Part shown: positions 29,601-38,609 of the stretch, in pieces
How positions within the stretch are numbered: the stretch's first letter is position 1
Layout: the number at the start of each line of letters is the position of its first letter
Source of the DNA: Dehalococcoidia bacterium
GTDB lineage: Bacteria > Chloroflexota > Dehalococcoidia > Lucifugimonadales > QGNO01
Assembly: GCA_034422935.1 (NCBI GenBank)
Contig: DAOUJH010000010.1
Span: forward strand, 193,055 to 257,054
Direction of reading: 5' to 3'
DNA length: 64,000 nt
Made by a program: the position numbers and the translations under genes
The notes under the pieces: model-generated
Seen by the model: the letters and a program-made list of their open reading frames with translations, nothing else
Told to the model about the DNA's origin: nothing
The model's database searches: none

Positions 29601-31219
29601 ACAAAGTCGATGAGTATATCGGGTGGGTTAGGCGGACCACGCCCGGCGTGGAGCTGATATCTCCGCCGCCGCACCACGATATCTACTCTATCGAAGACCT
29701 GGCGCAGCTCATTCACGACCTGAAGAACGTGAATCCTGAGGCGCGGATCCACGTCAAGCTCGTCGCAGAGGTTGGCGTTGGCACCGTCGCCGCCGGGGTT
29801 TCCAAGGGCCACGCCGATGTTGTGCTGATCAGTGGAGACAGTGGCGGCACGGGTGCATCGCCGGAATCGTCCGTCAAGCATGCCGGACTGCCCTGGGAGC
29901 TTGGCATTGCCGAAACGCAGCAGGTGCTGGTGCAAAACGATCTGCGAGGCCGCATAGTTGTGCAAACGGACGGGCAGTTGAAGACCGGGCGCGACGTGGC
30001 TATAGCCTGTCTGCTCGGGGCGGAGGAGTTTGGCTTCTCCACCGCTCCTTTGATAGCGTTGGGGTGCATTATGCTGCGAAAGTGCCACCTGAACGCTTGC
30101 TCGGTTGGCATTGCCACGCAGGATCCCGAGCTGCGCAAGCATTTCGACGGCCAGCCGGAGGCTGTGATCAACTACTTCTTCATGGTGGCTGAGCAGCTGC
30201 GAGAGATTATGGCGCAGATGGGGTTCCGCACGGTGAATGAGATGGTGGGCCGTGTTGACAGATTGGACAGCCAGAAGGCCATAGACCACTGGAAGGCAAA
30301 GGGACTGGATTTCAGCCAGCTTCTTTACCGTCCTGAAGCGTCGGACAGGGTGGCGACGTATTGCCGCGAAGCGCAGGACCATGGTCTGGACAAGGCTCTT
30401 GACAATGAACTGCTTAGCCTGGCGCAGGGTGCTCTTCATGGAAACGGGCCGGTAGAGGCCACGTTGCCAATCCATAACTACAACCGCACGGTGGGCACCA
30501 TGCTCAGCGGAGAGGTGGCCAAGCGTTACGGAGAGGACGGCCTGCCTGAGGGCAGTATGCATTTCCGCCTACAGGGTTCGGCGGGACAGAGCTTCGGCGC
30601 GTTTCTGGCCAAAGGAGTTGCTCTGACACTGGAGGGTGATGCAAACGACTACTTTGGCAAGGGGATGTCCGGCGGACGGCTGGTGGTGTATGCGCCGGAG
30701 GGCTCCACCTTTGTGGCTGAAGACAACGTCATCGTTGGTAACGTGGCCCTCTATGGAGCCACCGGAGGACGCGCCTTCATACGCGGCATGGCTGGTGAGC
30801 GGTTCGCCGTGCGCAACAGCGCCGCGTATACCGTGGTAGAGGGTATCGGCGACCATGGCTGTGAATACATGACCGGCGGCATGGTAGTGGTGCTTGGTCG
30901 GACGGGACGCAACTTCGCTGCGGGGATGAGCGGCGGCATAGCCTTTGTTCTGGATGAAGACGGCGATTTTACCGACAAGTGCAATACGGAAATGGTGGTG
31001 CTGGAGCAGGTGGACGATCCGGCAGACCAGCTGGCGTTGCGACAGATGATCGAATGGCACCAGGAGTTCACGGGAAGCGCCAAGGGCCGGATGGTGCTGG
31101 ATAACTGGAAGGGCATGATCTCCAAGTTCGTCAAGGTGATGCCTGTAGCTTATCGCAAGGTGCTGGAGGCGCAAAAGGTGAAGCAGCCCAAAGAGATCGA
31201 GCTGGTGATCCATGGGTAA
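26684..31219 (+). CDS. gltB: Glutamate synthase large subunit
   Basis: Ntn amidotransferase start ...EHDACGVGVIADIKG, plus the FMN/3Fe-4S domain and the GXGXG C-terminal domain. The ATG at 26684, preceded by GAGGA, is preferred over the TTG at 26588. Confidence 0.95.
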   Translation: MKEDRPGGLYRPEFEHDACGVGVIADIKGRKSHQIVDQGVDLLRHLAHRGAQGSDPDTGDGAGILLQTPHAFFVHESGVDLPQRGEYGVGMAFLPQDQVERARCEKIIEGVVQEEGQRFLGWRDVPVDESRIGKTARVVRPTIRQFFVGRGSKALDQASLERKLYVIRKVIENRVAASGMKEADAFYISSLSSNTVVYKGLLTGTQLEHFYLDLKSPHMESGFAMVHSRFSTNTLGSWKLAHPYRYISHNGEINTLRGNINWMTAREALLSSPLFGDDVEKLFPIITPRASDTANFDNALELLVLGGRTLSHSMMMMIPEAWNGNRFISTEKRAFYEYHANLMEPWDGPALIAFTDGTRIGANLDRNGLRPFRYTVTKDNLLIMASETGVLEVPPENVQYKGRLRPGRMFLLDTEQGRIIDDEEIKSEVATRQPYGEWIGENMVRLEDLPEGTMEPPAERSSMVERQAAFGYTLEELRMLVQPMSETGSEPVGSMGNDTPLAVLSDRPQLLFNYFKQLFAQVTNPPLDAIREEIVTSLEIWLGSEGNLLEETPEQARQLKLPHPVITNEELERIRQNQVPYLKTKTLSALFNAGEGPGAMERALEELLREASQAVKSGHTILVLSDRSVDAEHAPIPSLLATSAVHHHLIREGLRMKVGLVVESGEPREVQHFALLIGYGAGAVNPYLTFESLADMVAEGDLLPEGLDYDTVQKNFIKAVHKGLLKVASKMGISTIQSYRGAQIFEAVGLNQETIDKYFTWTPSRISGIGIDVLEEESLSRHSRAYGESKLAAVLDLEVGGVYQWRRDGEFHMWNPNAIALLQHAAKTGDVGVYRRFAELADEYDKRLCTLRGLLEFRTAEEPISLDEVEPASRIVSRFATGAISLGAISREAHETLAIAMNRIGAKSNTGEGGEDYRRFTPDSNGDSRSSAVKQVASGRFGVTTNYLVNADDLQIKMAQGSKPGEGGQLPGHKVDEYIGWVRRTTPGVELISPPPHHDIYSIEDLAQLIHDLKNVNPEARIHVKLVAEVGVGTVAAGVSKGHADVVLISGDSGGTGASPESSVKHAGLPWELGIAETQQVLVQNDLRGRIVVQTDGQLKTGRDVAIACLLGAEEFGFSTAPLIALGCIMLRKCHLNACSVGIATQDPELRKHFDGQPEAVINYFFMVAEQLREIMAQMGFRTVNEMVGRVDRLDSQKAIDHWKAKGLDFSQLLYRPEASDRVATYCREAQDHGLDKALDNELLSLAQGALHGNGPVEATLPIHNYNRTVGTMLSGEVAKRYGEDGLPEGSMHFRLQGSAGQSFGAFLAKGVALTLEGDANDYFGKGMSGGRLVVYAPEGSTFVAEDNVIVGNVALYGATGGRAFIRGMAGERFAVRNSAAYTVVEGIGDHGCEYMTGGMVVVLGRTGRNFAAGMSGGIAFVLDEDGDFTDKCNTEMVVLEQVDDPADQLALRQMIEWHQEFTGSAKGRMVLDNWKGMISKFVKVMPVAYRKVLEAQKVKQPKEIELVIHG

Positions 31220-32690
31220 GCTGCTAGGGTTTGTTCATCTGGGCCGACAAGGCCCCGACAGGAAGCCGGTTGCGGAACGGGTCAAGCACTGGAAGGAGAT
31301 CTACCAGGAGTGGCCCGTGCAAAGCATACGTGACCAGGCAGGCCGCTGCATGGACTGCGCTGTGCCGTTCTGCCACACGGGCTGCCCCCTGGGGAACGTC
31401 ATCCCGGACTGGAACCACTTGGCCTATAGCGACCGCTGGAAGCAGGCGCTGGACATGCTCCACTCCACCAACAATTTCCCTGAATTCACCGGCCGCATCT
31501 GCCCCGCTCCCTGCGAAGAGGCCTGTGTGCTAAATATAAACCAGGACCCCGTGACCATTGAGTACATAGAGAACGCCATAGCGGAGAGGGGCTTTAAGGA
31601 AGGCTGGATAAAACCGGAGCCACCGCAGGTTAGAACGGGCAAGAGAGTGGCGGTAGTGGGTTCAGGCCCCGCCGGACTGGCGGCTGCCCAGCAGTTGAAC
31701 CGCGTAGGTCACGCTGTCACGGTCTTCGAGCGGGACGAATACGTTGGCGGGCTCCTCACGCTGGGCATTCCCGATTTCAAACTGGAGAAGAGCGTGGTGC
31801 AGCGCCGGGTCGACATCATGGCCGAGGAAGGCGTCATCTTCCGGACGAGTACCAACGTGGGCGTTGACGTCACTGCAAAAGACCTGCTGCAGGATTTCGA
31901 CTCCGTTTGTTTGACCGGCGGAGCTACCAAGGCCAGGGAACTACCGATACCGGGGCGCGACCTTGAAGGCGTGCATCTGGCCATGGACTATCTGACACAG
32001 CAAAACAGGCTGAACTCGGGTCAGACGGTGACTCCTGAGGAGAGGATCAGCGCGGAGGGCAAACGCGTGGTGATCCTGGGCGGCGGCGACACGGGAGCCG
32101 ACTGCCTGGGAACGGCGCACCGCCAGGGCGCAGAGGTTGTGTACCAGTACGAGTTGCTGCCGGAGCCGCCGTTGCAACGCTCCGGCGATGAGCCGTGGCC
32201 CTACTGGCCGGTGATTCTAAGGTCTTACGGAGCCCACGAAGAGGGTGGCATTCGCGATTACAGCATCCTGACCAAGGGCTTCTGCGGCAACGACGGGCGC
32301 GTGGAGACGCTGAGCGCTGTACGCCTGGAATGGGGGCCGCCGGATGAGACTGGCCGGCCCGTGATGAACGAGGTGCCCGGCAGTGAATTTGAAATCGAGG
32401 TAGACCTGGTGCTGCTGGCCCTGGGATTTGTTTCCCCGGAGCACGAAGGCCTACTGGAACAGCTGGGAGTGGCCTATGACGCGAGGGGCAACGTCTCCAC
32501 GGACGAGAGCCACATGACCAGTGTACCCGGCGTTTTTGCCGCCGGAGACATGCGGAGAGGTCAGTCGTTGGTGGTGTGGGCAATTGCGGAGGGACGAGAA
32601 GCGGCGCACCACATGGACAGCTACCTCATGGGCTCGACCAAACTGCCTCGCAGCCTCCCAGGCGCCCTAGCGCGGTCTATTTCTTCTTAG
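31212..32690 (+). CDS. gltD: Glutamate synthase small subunit (NAD(P)H-dependent)
   Basis: Cys clusters (CMDCAVPFC...GCP), a dinucleotide fold VAVVGSGPAGLAAA, and an 8-nt overlap with gltB. Confidence 0.9.
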   Translation: MGKLLGFVHLGRQGPDRKPVAERVKHWKEIYQEWPVQSIRDQAGRCMDCAVPFCHTGCPLGNVIPDWNHLAYSDRWKQALDMLHSTNNFPEFTGRICPAPCEEACVLNINQDPVTIEYIENAIAERGFKEGWIKPEPPQVRTGKRVAVVGSGPAGLAAAQQLNRVGHAVTVFERDEYVGGLLTLGIPDFKLEKSVVQRRVDIMAEEGVIFRTSTNVGVDVTAKDLLQDFDSVCLTGGATKARELPIPGRDLEGVHLAMDYLTQQNRLNSGQTVTPEERISAEGKRVVILGGGDTGADCLGTAHRQGAEVVYQYELLPEPPLQRSGDEPWPYWPVILRSYGAHEEGGIRDYSILTKGFCGNDGRVETLSAVRLEWGPPDETGRPVMNEVPGSEFEIEVDLVLLALGFVSPEHEGLLEQLGVAYDARGNVSTDESHMTSVPGVFAAGDMRRGQSLVVWAIAEGREAAHHMDSYLMGSTKLPRSLPGALARSISS

Positions 32691-33432
32691 CCGTTCTGCG
32701 CCCTTGCTGCTTGATACGCACGTGGATAGGGCCGCCCCTGGTCTTTGACGCCCTAACCTCAAAATCTTTGGTATGTGCCCTTACCAGGCCGGATAGCTGT
32801 TTATGGCCGTAGGTACGGGGATCGAAGCCCGGGTCAAGCTGTCGCAGCCTGTTACCGATAGTACCCAGGAACACCCAGCCGTCATCCGATGCCGTCAGTT
32901 CATGGGCCGCCTTGAGAAGTGGGACAGGGTCCGGCACTTGACTGGTGGAGTTGTCAGAGGATGGAGGCGATGCCCCTGCCTTTTCGGGGGATATGTTTTC
33001 GGTGTAGACAAAGATTTCGCAGGCGTTGACAAAGGAACGGGGGGTGTCTCTCCGCCCAATTCCCATGACGAACAGGCCCTTCTCCCTGATGCGCGTGGCG
33101 AGCCGGGTGTAATCACTGTCGCTGGAAACAAGGCAGAAGGCGTTGACCACGGTCTCGTAGAGGATGTCCATGGCGTCGATGATCATGGCGCTGTCCGTGG
33201 CGTTCTTGCCTTTCGTGTAGCGGAACTGCTGGATTGGCTGGAAGGCGTGAAGCTGCAGCGACTCTCGCCAGCTGTTCATGTTGGGAGTAGTCCAGTCGCC
33301 GTAGATGCGGCGGATGGTGACCAGGCCGTACTTGCTGGCCTCGGTGAGAATGTTCGCCACCAGAGACGCTTGAGCGTTGTCTCCGTCTATGAGGAGGGCC
33401 ATACGCCTGTCTATTTGATGCTCTTCAGTCAT
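32677..33432 (-). CDS. NYN (LabA-like) ribonuclease domain protein with a C-terminal OST-HTH/LOTUS domain
   Basis: MALLIDGDN...RIYGDW...DSAMIIDAMD...LVSSDSDYTRLATRIRE (NYN), then ...DGWVFLGTIGNRLRQLDPGFDPRTYGHKQLSGLV (LOTUS-like). The start is uncertain (33432, 33402 or ORF maximum 33495). Confidence 0.75.
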   Translation of the reverse strand: MTEEHQIDRRMALLIDGDNAQASLVANILTEASKYGLVTIRRIYGDWTTPNMNSWRESLQLHAFQPIQQFRYTKGKNATDSAMIIDAMDILYETVVNAFCLVSSDSDYTRLATRIREKGLFVMGIGRRDTPRSFVNACEIFVYTENISPEKAGASPPSSDNSTSQVPDPVPLLKAAHELTASDDGWVFLGTIGNRLRQLDPGFDPRTYGHKQLSGLVRAHTKDFEVRASKTRGGPIHVRIKQQGRRTAKKK

Positions 33433-33541
33433 GATGTTACGGCTGTTAAGCTTAACATATTGGTGGAAGAGTTGTTGGGAGCTAAGCCAAGCCAACCCTC
33501 CCTAACTAGACTTCCCCATCTCCCCTGCTTACAATTCAGGC

Positions 33542-35281
33542 ATGCGGACTTTCAGACTGGCCATGGCCCAGATCAATCCCACGGTGGGAGACTTGGAGGG
33601 CAACACGGCCAAAATCACCGGCTACATTGAGCAGGCGCGTTCTCTCAAGGCCGACCTTATCGCGTTCACGGAGCTGGCCATTCCGGGCTATCCGCCGGAG
33701 GACCTGCTCTTCAAACCGCAGTTCATCCGGGACAACCTTCGTTACCTGGATAGAGTGGTCAAAGCCAGCCGCGATATCGCGGTGGTGGTGGGCTTTGCCG
33801 ATGAAAAAGAGGGGAAGCTCTACAACGCGGCGGCGCTGGCCTATGACGGCAGGCTTGTCGACGTCTACCACAAGATGTTCCTGCCCAACTACGGCGTCTT
33901 CGACGAGAAGCGGTACTTCGAGGCGGGCCGGAAGTGTCCCGTCTACACCATCAAGGGCGTCGATGTGGGTGTGAACGTGTGTGAGGACATCTGGTACGAG
34001 GTGGGGCCCACCAACGTTCAGCGCCAGGCCGGAGCCGAGCTCATCATCAACATCAACGGGTCGCCGTATTACGCCGGTAAGAGCAGCTACAGGCATGAGA
34101 TGCTGGCGAAGCGCGCCGTTGACAATCAGGCCATCGTCTCGTACACCAACATGGTCGGCGGCCAGGATGAGCTGGTCTTCGACGGCGGCAGCGTGGTGTT
34201 CGACCATGACGGGGAACTGCTGCTGCGGGGGAACCAGTTCGAGGAGGAACTGCTTTTCGTCGACCTGGAGATGGATTCTCTGTCGCAGGCCCGTCAGGGC
34301 CGGGGCAAGCCTCGCTCGGAGGACCACGAGGCCCTGAAGGAGATGGGCGAGCCGCTCAGGTTCCACATATCCGGCTACACCGGAGACGTTGCCAGGCCGC
34401 CGCTGCCCCGGCAGGAAGCGGCAGAGCTTGGACCTGTCGCCGAGGTTTACCGGGCGCTGGTCATGGGGACCCACGACTACGTGACAAAGAGCGGCTTCCA
34501 CAAGGTGGTTGTCGGCCTCTCCGGCGGCATCGATTCGTCGATAACGGCGGTGATCGCCGTGGAGGCCCTGGGCAAGGAGAACGTGGTCGGCGTTACCATG
34601 CCCTCCCGCTACTCCTCGGAAGGGAGCGTGGTCGATAGCAAGCTGCTGTCGGAGAATCTGGGCATCCGGATGATGACCGTGCCCATAGAGCCCGCCTTTG
34701 GCGCATACCTGGACATGCTGGAGGAGCCGTTCCGCGGCACGGAGTCCGGCATTGCCGAGGAGAACCTTCAGGCCAGGGTGCGCGGCAACATCCTCATGGC
34801 GCTGTCCAACAAGTTCGGCTGGCTGGTGCTGACCACCGGCAACAAGAGCGAGCTGGCCACGGGCTACAGCACCATGTACGGCGACATGGCCGGGGGGTTT
34901 GCGGTGATCAAGGACGTCCCAAAGATGCTCGTCTACGAGCTGGCCCGCCACATAAACGATGAGAAGGGGAGAGAGGTGGTGCCCGACGCGGTGATCGAGA
35001 AGCCGCCCAGCGCGGAGCTGAGGCCTGACCAGCGCGACGAAGACTCGCTGCCTCCGTACGACGTGCTGGACGCCATATTGAAGGCGTACGTGGAGGACGA
35101 CGAGACGTACAGCGAGATCCTTGCCGCCGGCCACGATGAGGCCGCCGTGCAGAGGGCGGTACGCCTTGTCGATGGAAGCGAGTACAAGCGCCGCCAGTCG
35201 CCGCCGGGCATCAAGATAACGCCTCGCAACTTCGGGCGCGACCGCCGCATGCCGATTGTGAACCGGTACCGGCAGTTCTAG
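33542..35281 (+). CDS. nadE: Glutamine-dependent NAD+ synthetase
   Basis: N-terminal nitrilase/CN-hydrolase domain (LAMAQINPTVGDL..N) plus a C-terminal NAD synthetase domain with the SGGIDSS P-loop. Confidence 0.9.
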   Translation: MRTFRLAMAQINPTVGDLEGNTAKITGYIEQARSLKADLIAFTELAIPGYPPEDLLFKPQFIRDNLRYLDRVVKASRDIAVVVGFADEKEGKLYNAAALAYDGRLVDVYHKMFLPNYGVFDEKRYFEAGRKCPVYTIKGVDVGVNVCEDIWYEVGPTNVQRQAGAELIININGSPYYAGKSSYRHEMLAKRAVDNQAIVSYTNMVGGQDELVFDGGSVVFDHDGELLLRGNQFEEELLFVDLEMDSLSQARQGRGKPRSEDHEALKEMGEPLRFHISGYTGDVARPPLPRQEAAELGPVAEVYRALVMGTHDYVTKSGFHKVVVGLSGGIDSSITAVIAVEALGKENVVGVTMPSRYSSEGSVVDSKLLSENLGIRMMTVPIEPAFGAYLDMLEEPFRGTESGIAEENLQARVRGNILMALSNKFGWLVLTTGNKSELATGYSTMYGDMAGGFAVIKDVPKMLVYELARHINDEKGREVVPDAVIEKPPSAELRPDQRDEDSLPPYDVLDAILKAYVEDDETYSEILAAGHDEAAVQRAVRLVDGSEYKRRQSPPGIKITPRNFGRDRRMPIVNRYRQF

Positions 35282-35565
35282 CCGGGCCAATTGGTAGGGC
35301 CGTGGAGAGGCTGGGGGAAGGGGATTCGTTTCCAACGTTATGTCAAGCTGCAAGGCTAAACGCGAACCAAATATTTTTTTGAGGTGAGAAACGAATCTGA
35401 ATATCGTCATGGTATGGGAGGTTGTCGTAACGGCTCCGGCGAGTATGTCTGACACGATGGCAAAGCGGGTTGAATAGGTAAAACGCATGGACGGAGGATA
35501 GCGCGAGACGGTGGGCATGGGGAAGGAGGAGATGTCAGGGAGGGCTGCCCTGAATTTACCATCAG

Positions 35566-36228
35566 CTATTGGAACGGAGTAGGGTCAGATGCAAAGCTCA
35601 GTACTGCGTAGCCTAAGAAGATGGGCAATGATGCGAAGGCCCATACTGCAGTCTTTCTGAAAGGAGCCAAATAGTGTCGTGCGTCATCAAGGTCTCCGCC
35701 GTCCCTTACGCTACTAGTGTATCTGAAATGGGCAAGAGAGCGACGCAGAGAAAGAAGCCACATCAACGCCGACCAGGCGGTAAACACACCTGCATATATC
35801 ACCATAAGGATGAGGACCACCACACGAACTTCAGGGTCTGTAATGGGTCCGAAGGCTGGGGATACGTAAGGGAGAACCTCCTTTACAGTAGCCTGTGTAA
35901 AAAGAGCCCAGAGTCCGATGGAGCTAGTGAGCCACAGCACGTGTACCAGCAAGGTATATACCAGCCAAAGCCTGGAGGGCCTGAAGGGGGTTCCAGCAAT
36001 GCGCTCAGGGGTCTTGGTTAGGTGTATCCATGGATACAAGAAAAGTACGACCTGTCGTATGCACCATACGGCTGCAGAAGCCGGCAAAAAGGAAGGGCGC
36101 CGGTTTGAGAAGTCCCATAGGATTCGTGAGAAGGGTCTGAACGGAAGACCAACGATACTCAGTAAATAGACTACTAGGTGAGAGTAAAGAGCTACAAGTA
36201 CAGAGATCGTTTCCACTGGACTTAGCAT
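35566..36228 (-). CDS. Hypothetical polytopic membrane protein
   Basis: 220-aa ORF with about 5-6 hydrophobic segments in a visibly AT-richer stretch. I recognise no family. Confidence 0.45.
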   Translation of the reverse strand: MLSPVETISVLVALYSHLVVYLLSIVGLPFRPFSRILWDFSNRRPSFLPASAAVWCIRQVVLFLYPWIHLTKTPERIAGTPFRPSRLWLVYTLLVHVLWLTSSIGLWALFTQATVKEVLPYVSPAFGPITDPEVRVVVLILMVIYAGVFTAWSALMWLLSLRRSLAHFRYTSSVRDGGDLDDARHYLAPFRKTAVWAFASLPIFLGYAVLSFASDPTPFQ

Positions 36229-36348
36229 AAGCCTAAACTGCTCCGATTAAGATCGTACAATTGCAAGGTTCTCCGATGAGATCGGCCTTTGTCAGTCGTT
36301 GTCACCAATTGAATAAATCCTCCTACTAGCCTATCTAAGTGTTTTATT

Positions 36349-36721
36349 TTAATCACTGTCACCTCCTCCTCCGCAGTAGCGGCAGGGTTTTGGCGTTGGA
36401 GTTGGAACACAGCCCGAATTAGACTGGATGCTATCTGGGTCGGCGCCCCCACATCCATCATCAGGCCACGGAGTAGGCGTAGGCGGCGCCCCCGCTATTG
36501 TTGGCGTGGGCGTAGGTACGGGCGGTATGGGTATCACCACAGGAGTAGGCATAGGCGCGGGCGGCGCAGTATCTACAGAGGACTCGACATTGGGGGACAG
36601 GAAAGAACAGGAAGAAAGCGGCGACAATGGGGGAAAGGAACCCGAGAATTAGCCCTAGAAGCCAATCGTTCTTAGCTACCCGGCGCACCAGAATATGCTG
36701 CGGTGTTCCACCGTACCGCAT
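36349..36721 (-). pseudogene. Split ORF: an SD-led TM anchor (frame 1) and a Pro/Thr-rich, Cys-containing tail (frame 2), joined at a C5/G5 homopolymer
   Basis: AAGGAG-N4-ATG at 36721 gives MRYGGTPQHILVRRVAKNDWLLGLILGFLSPIVAAFFLFF.... After the G5 run (36592-36596) the natural-looking continuation (NVESSVDTAPPAPMPTP...WPDDGCGGADPD...GCVPTPTPKPCRYCGGGGDSD) is in the other frame and ends at 36349. Confidence 0.45.
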
Positions 36722-36829
36722 AACACTCCTTCGCCGCCGAATGCCCAGTGTAGAGACGGATAAAGTTACTGTCAATTAACTTGGAGTGCATGAAAACGAG
36801 GCGCTTTGCACTTCTCTGTGCCCCCCCTC

Positions 36830-36858
36830 TTGACAAAGCCTCCATCTTATCGTTAAAT
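36830..36858 (+). promoter_or_regulatory. Sigma70-type promoter for recA
   Basis: TTGACA (36830-36835), a 17-nt spacer, then TTAAAT (36853-36858). Confidence 0.6.
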
Positions 36859-36872
36859 AGCACGCACGTTCT
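36859..36872 (+). promoter_or_regulatory. Candidate LexA (SOS/Cheo-type) operator at the recA promoter
   Basis: AGCAC-GCAC-GTTCT lies immediately after the -10. It has one mismatch to the palindrome AGAAC-N4-GTTCT (GAAC-N4-GTTC core). Confidence 0.4.
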
Positions 36873-36978
36873 ATTAATGGATACATTTAGGCTGACTCAC
36901 AGCCTGGGACAAAACGGACAGCAGCTTCTTGGTGGCCTGAAGTAGCGCGTGCTACCATGCGATGAGATTGGAGGAGTT

Positions 36979-38034
36979 ATGACCGCGGAACGAGAAAAGG
37001 CGTTAGAGCTTGCCATAAGTCAGATCCAGCGCAGCTTCGGCAAGGGCGCCATCATGCGCCTTGGCGAGGCTGAGATCGATACGTCGGTGAAGGCGATACC
37101 CACCGGGTCGCTGTCGCTGGACATTGCGCTGGGAGTGGGAGGCGTGCCGAGGAGCCGCGTCGTCGAGATATTCGGCGCTGAGTCGTCGGGCAAGACGACG
37201 CTCGCCTACCACATCGCGGCGAGCGCTCAGCGCCAGGGCGGCACCGCCGCCTACATAGACGCCGAGCACGCTCTGGACAAGAGCTATGCGGTGCGGTGCG
37301 GCGTCGACGTGGACGCGCTCTACCTATCCCAGCCGGACGATGCCGAGCAGGCGCTCGAAATCGTAGAGTACCTGGTGCGCAGCGGCGCTGTGGACGTGGT
37401 GGTCGTGGACAGCGTGGCGGCCCTGGTGCCTCGCAATGAGCTGGAAGGGGACATGGGCGATACCCACGTCGGCCTCCAGGCCCGTCTTCTATCGCAGGCT
37501 TTGCGAAAGCTCACCGCGGCTATAGGCCGCTCCAATACGACGGTGATCTTCATCAACCAGCTCCGGGAAAAGGTGGGCGTGGTGTTCGGGAACCCGGAGG
37601 TCACGCCCGGCGGCCGCGCTCTGAAGTTCTACAGCTCGGTGCGCATCGACCTGCGCCGCATCGAGTCCATCAAGCAGGGCGGCGACATAACGGGCAGCCG
37701 GGTGCGCGCCAGGGTTGTCAAGAACAAGGTCGCGCCGCCCTTCCGCTCCGCTGAGTTCGATATCATGTTCAACCGTGGCATCAGCTTGGAGGGAGACCTG
37801 GTGGACCTGGGAGTCGACTACGGCATACTGAACAAGAGCGGCGCGTTCTACTCCTACGGCGATACCCGGCTTGGCCAGGGAAGGGAGAACGCCAAGGGGT
37901 TCCTGTCCAGGGACGCCGATATGGTGCAGAGACTCGAAGCCGATATCCGGACCGCCGCTGAGATAGCGGCGGTGGCCAGGATGCCCGTTGTAGCGGGAGC
38001 GATTTCCAATAACGGCGGGTCGCAGAGCTCTTAG
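36979..38034 (+). CDS. recA: Recombinase RecA
   Basis: ...[24 protein letters not shown]..., Walker [20 protein letters not shown] upstream of the ATG at 36979. Confidence 0.95.
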   Translation: MTAEREKALELAISQIQRSFGKGAIMRLGEAEIDTSVKAIPTGSLSLDIALGVGGVPRSRVVEIFGAESSGKTTLAYHIAASAQRQGGTAAYIDAEHALDKSYAVRCGVDVDALYLSQPDDAEQALEIVEYLVRSGAVDVVVVDSVAALVPRNELEGDMGDTHVGLQARLLSQALRKLTAAIGRSNTTVIFINQLREKVGVVFGNPEVTPGGRALKFYSSVRIDLRRIESIKQGGDITGSRVRARVVKNKVAPPFRSAEFDIMFNRGISLEGDLVDLGVDYGILNKSGAFYSYGDTRLGQGRENAKGFLSRDADMVQRLEADIRTAAEIAAVARMPVVAGAISNNGGSQSS

Positions 38035-38053
38035 CGGTAAGTCGGAGCATGCA

Positions 38054-38545
38054 ATGGCCCGGCATATCCGGCGCGAGCAAAGCGGCATAGCTGAACCCGA
38101 AAGGGCGTACCTCTCCGGCCTGCGTCTCCTCTCCTACCGGTCGAGAAGCCGGTTGGAGATGCGCCAGCGCCTCGGCAAACGGTTCTCAGCGGAAGCTGTT
38201 GAGGAAGCGGTGTCCCGCCTGGAAGAGTCGGGTTACCTGGACGATGCCTCCTTCGCCAGGTCCTGGAAGGAGGGCCGCGAAGCCCATAAACCACGCAGCG
38301 CAACCCTTGTCCGCCGTGAACTGCGCCACAAGGGTGTATCCAAGGAGCTGGCCGAGTCCGTTACCGCGGACATGGACGATGAGGCAAGCGCCTACGAAGC
38401 GGGCAGACGGCGTCTGAAAACCTTGACCGGCGTCGATAAGGGAACATTCAGGCGTCGCATGGGCAACTACCTGAGAAGGCGCGGCTTTGCCACGGGACTG
38501 GTGATTCGCACGGTGGACAAGCTGTGGCAGGAGAGGTCGCTTTGA
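38054..38545 (+). CDS. recX: Recombination regulator RecX
   Basis: RecX-like three-repeat helical sequence (LSYRSRSRLEMRQRL...GYLDDASFARSW) directly downstream of recA. Confidence 0.8.
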   Translation: MARHIRREQSGIAEPERAYLSGLRLLSYRSRSRLEMRQRLGKRFSAEAVEEAVSRLEESGYLDDASFARSWKEGREAHKPRSATLVRRELRHKGVSKELAESVTADMDDEASAYEAGRRRLKTLTGVDKGTFRRRMGNYLRRRGFATGLVIRTVDKLWQERSL

Positions 38546-38609
38546 CCCAGATTTCGGGCTGGTGGTAGAATCGGAGCAACAATCCCTACATTAAGCAGGG
38601 GTAAGGCTT

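Noticed and set aside
29144-30562. 472-aa minus-strand ORF
   Set aside because: It is antisense to gltB, whose frame has unmistakable glutamate synthase motifs; a shadow ORF.
33536-35518. 660-aa ORF on the minus strand
   Set aside because: It is exactly antisense to the well-supported nadE gene. The composition is Arg/Ala/Gly/His/Leu-rich with no recognisable motifs, a typical shadow ORF of a high-GC gene.
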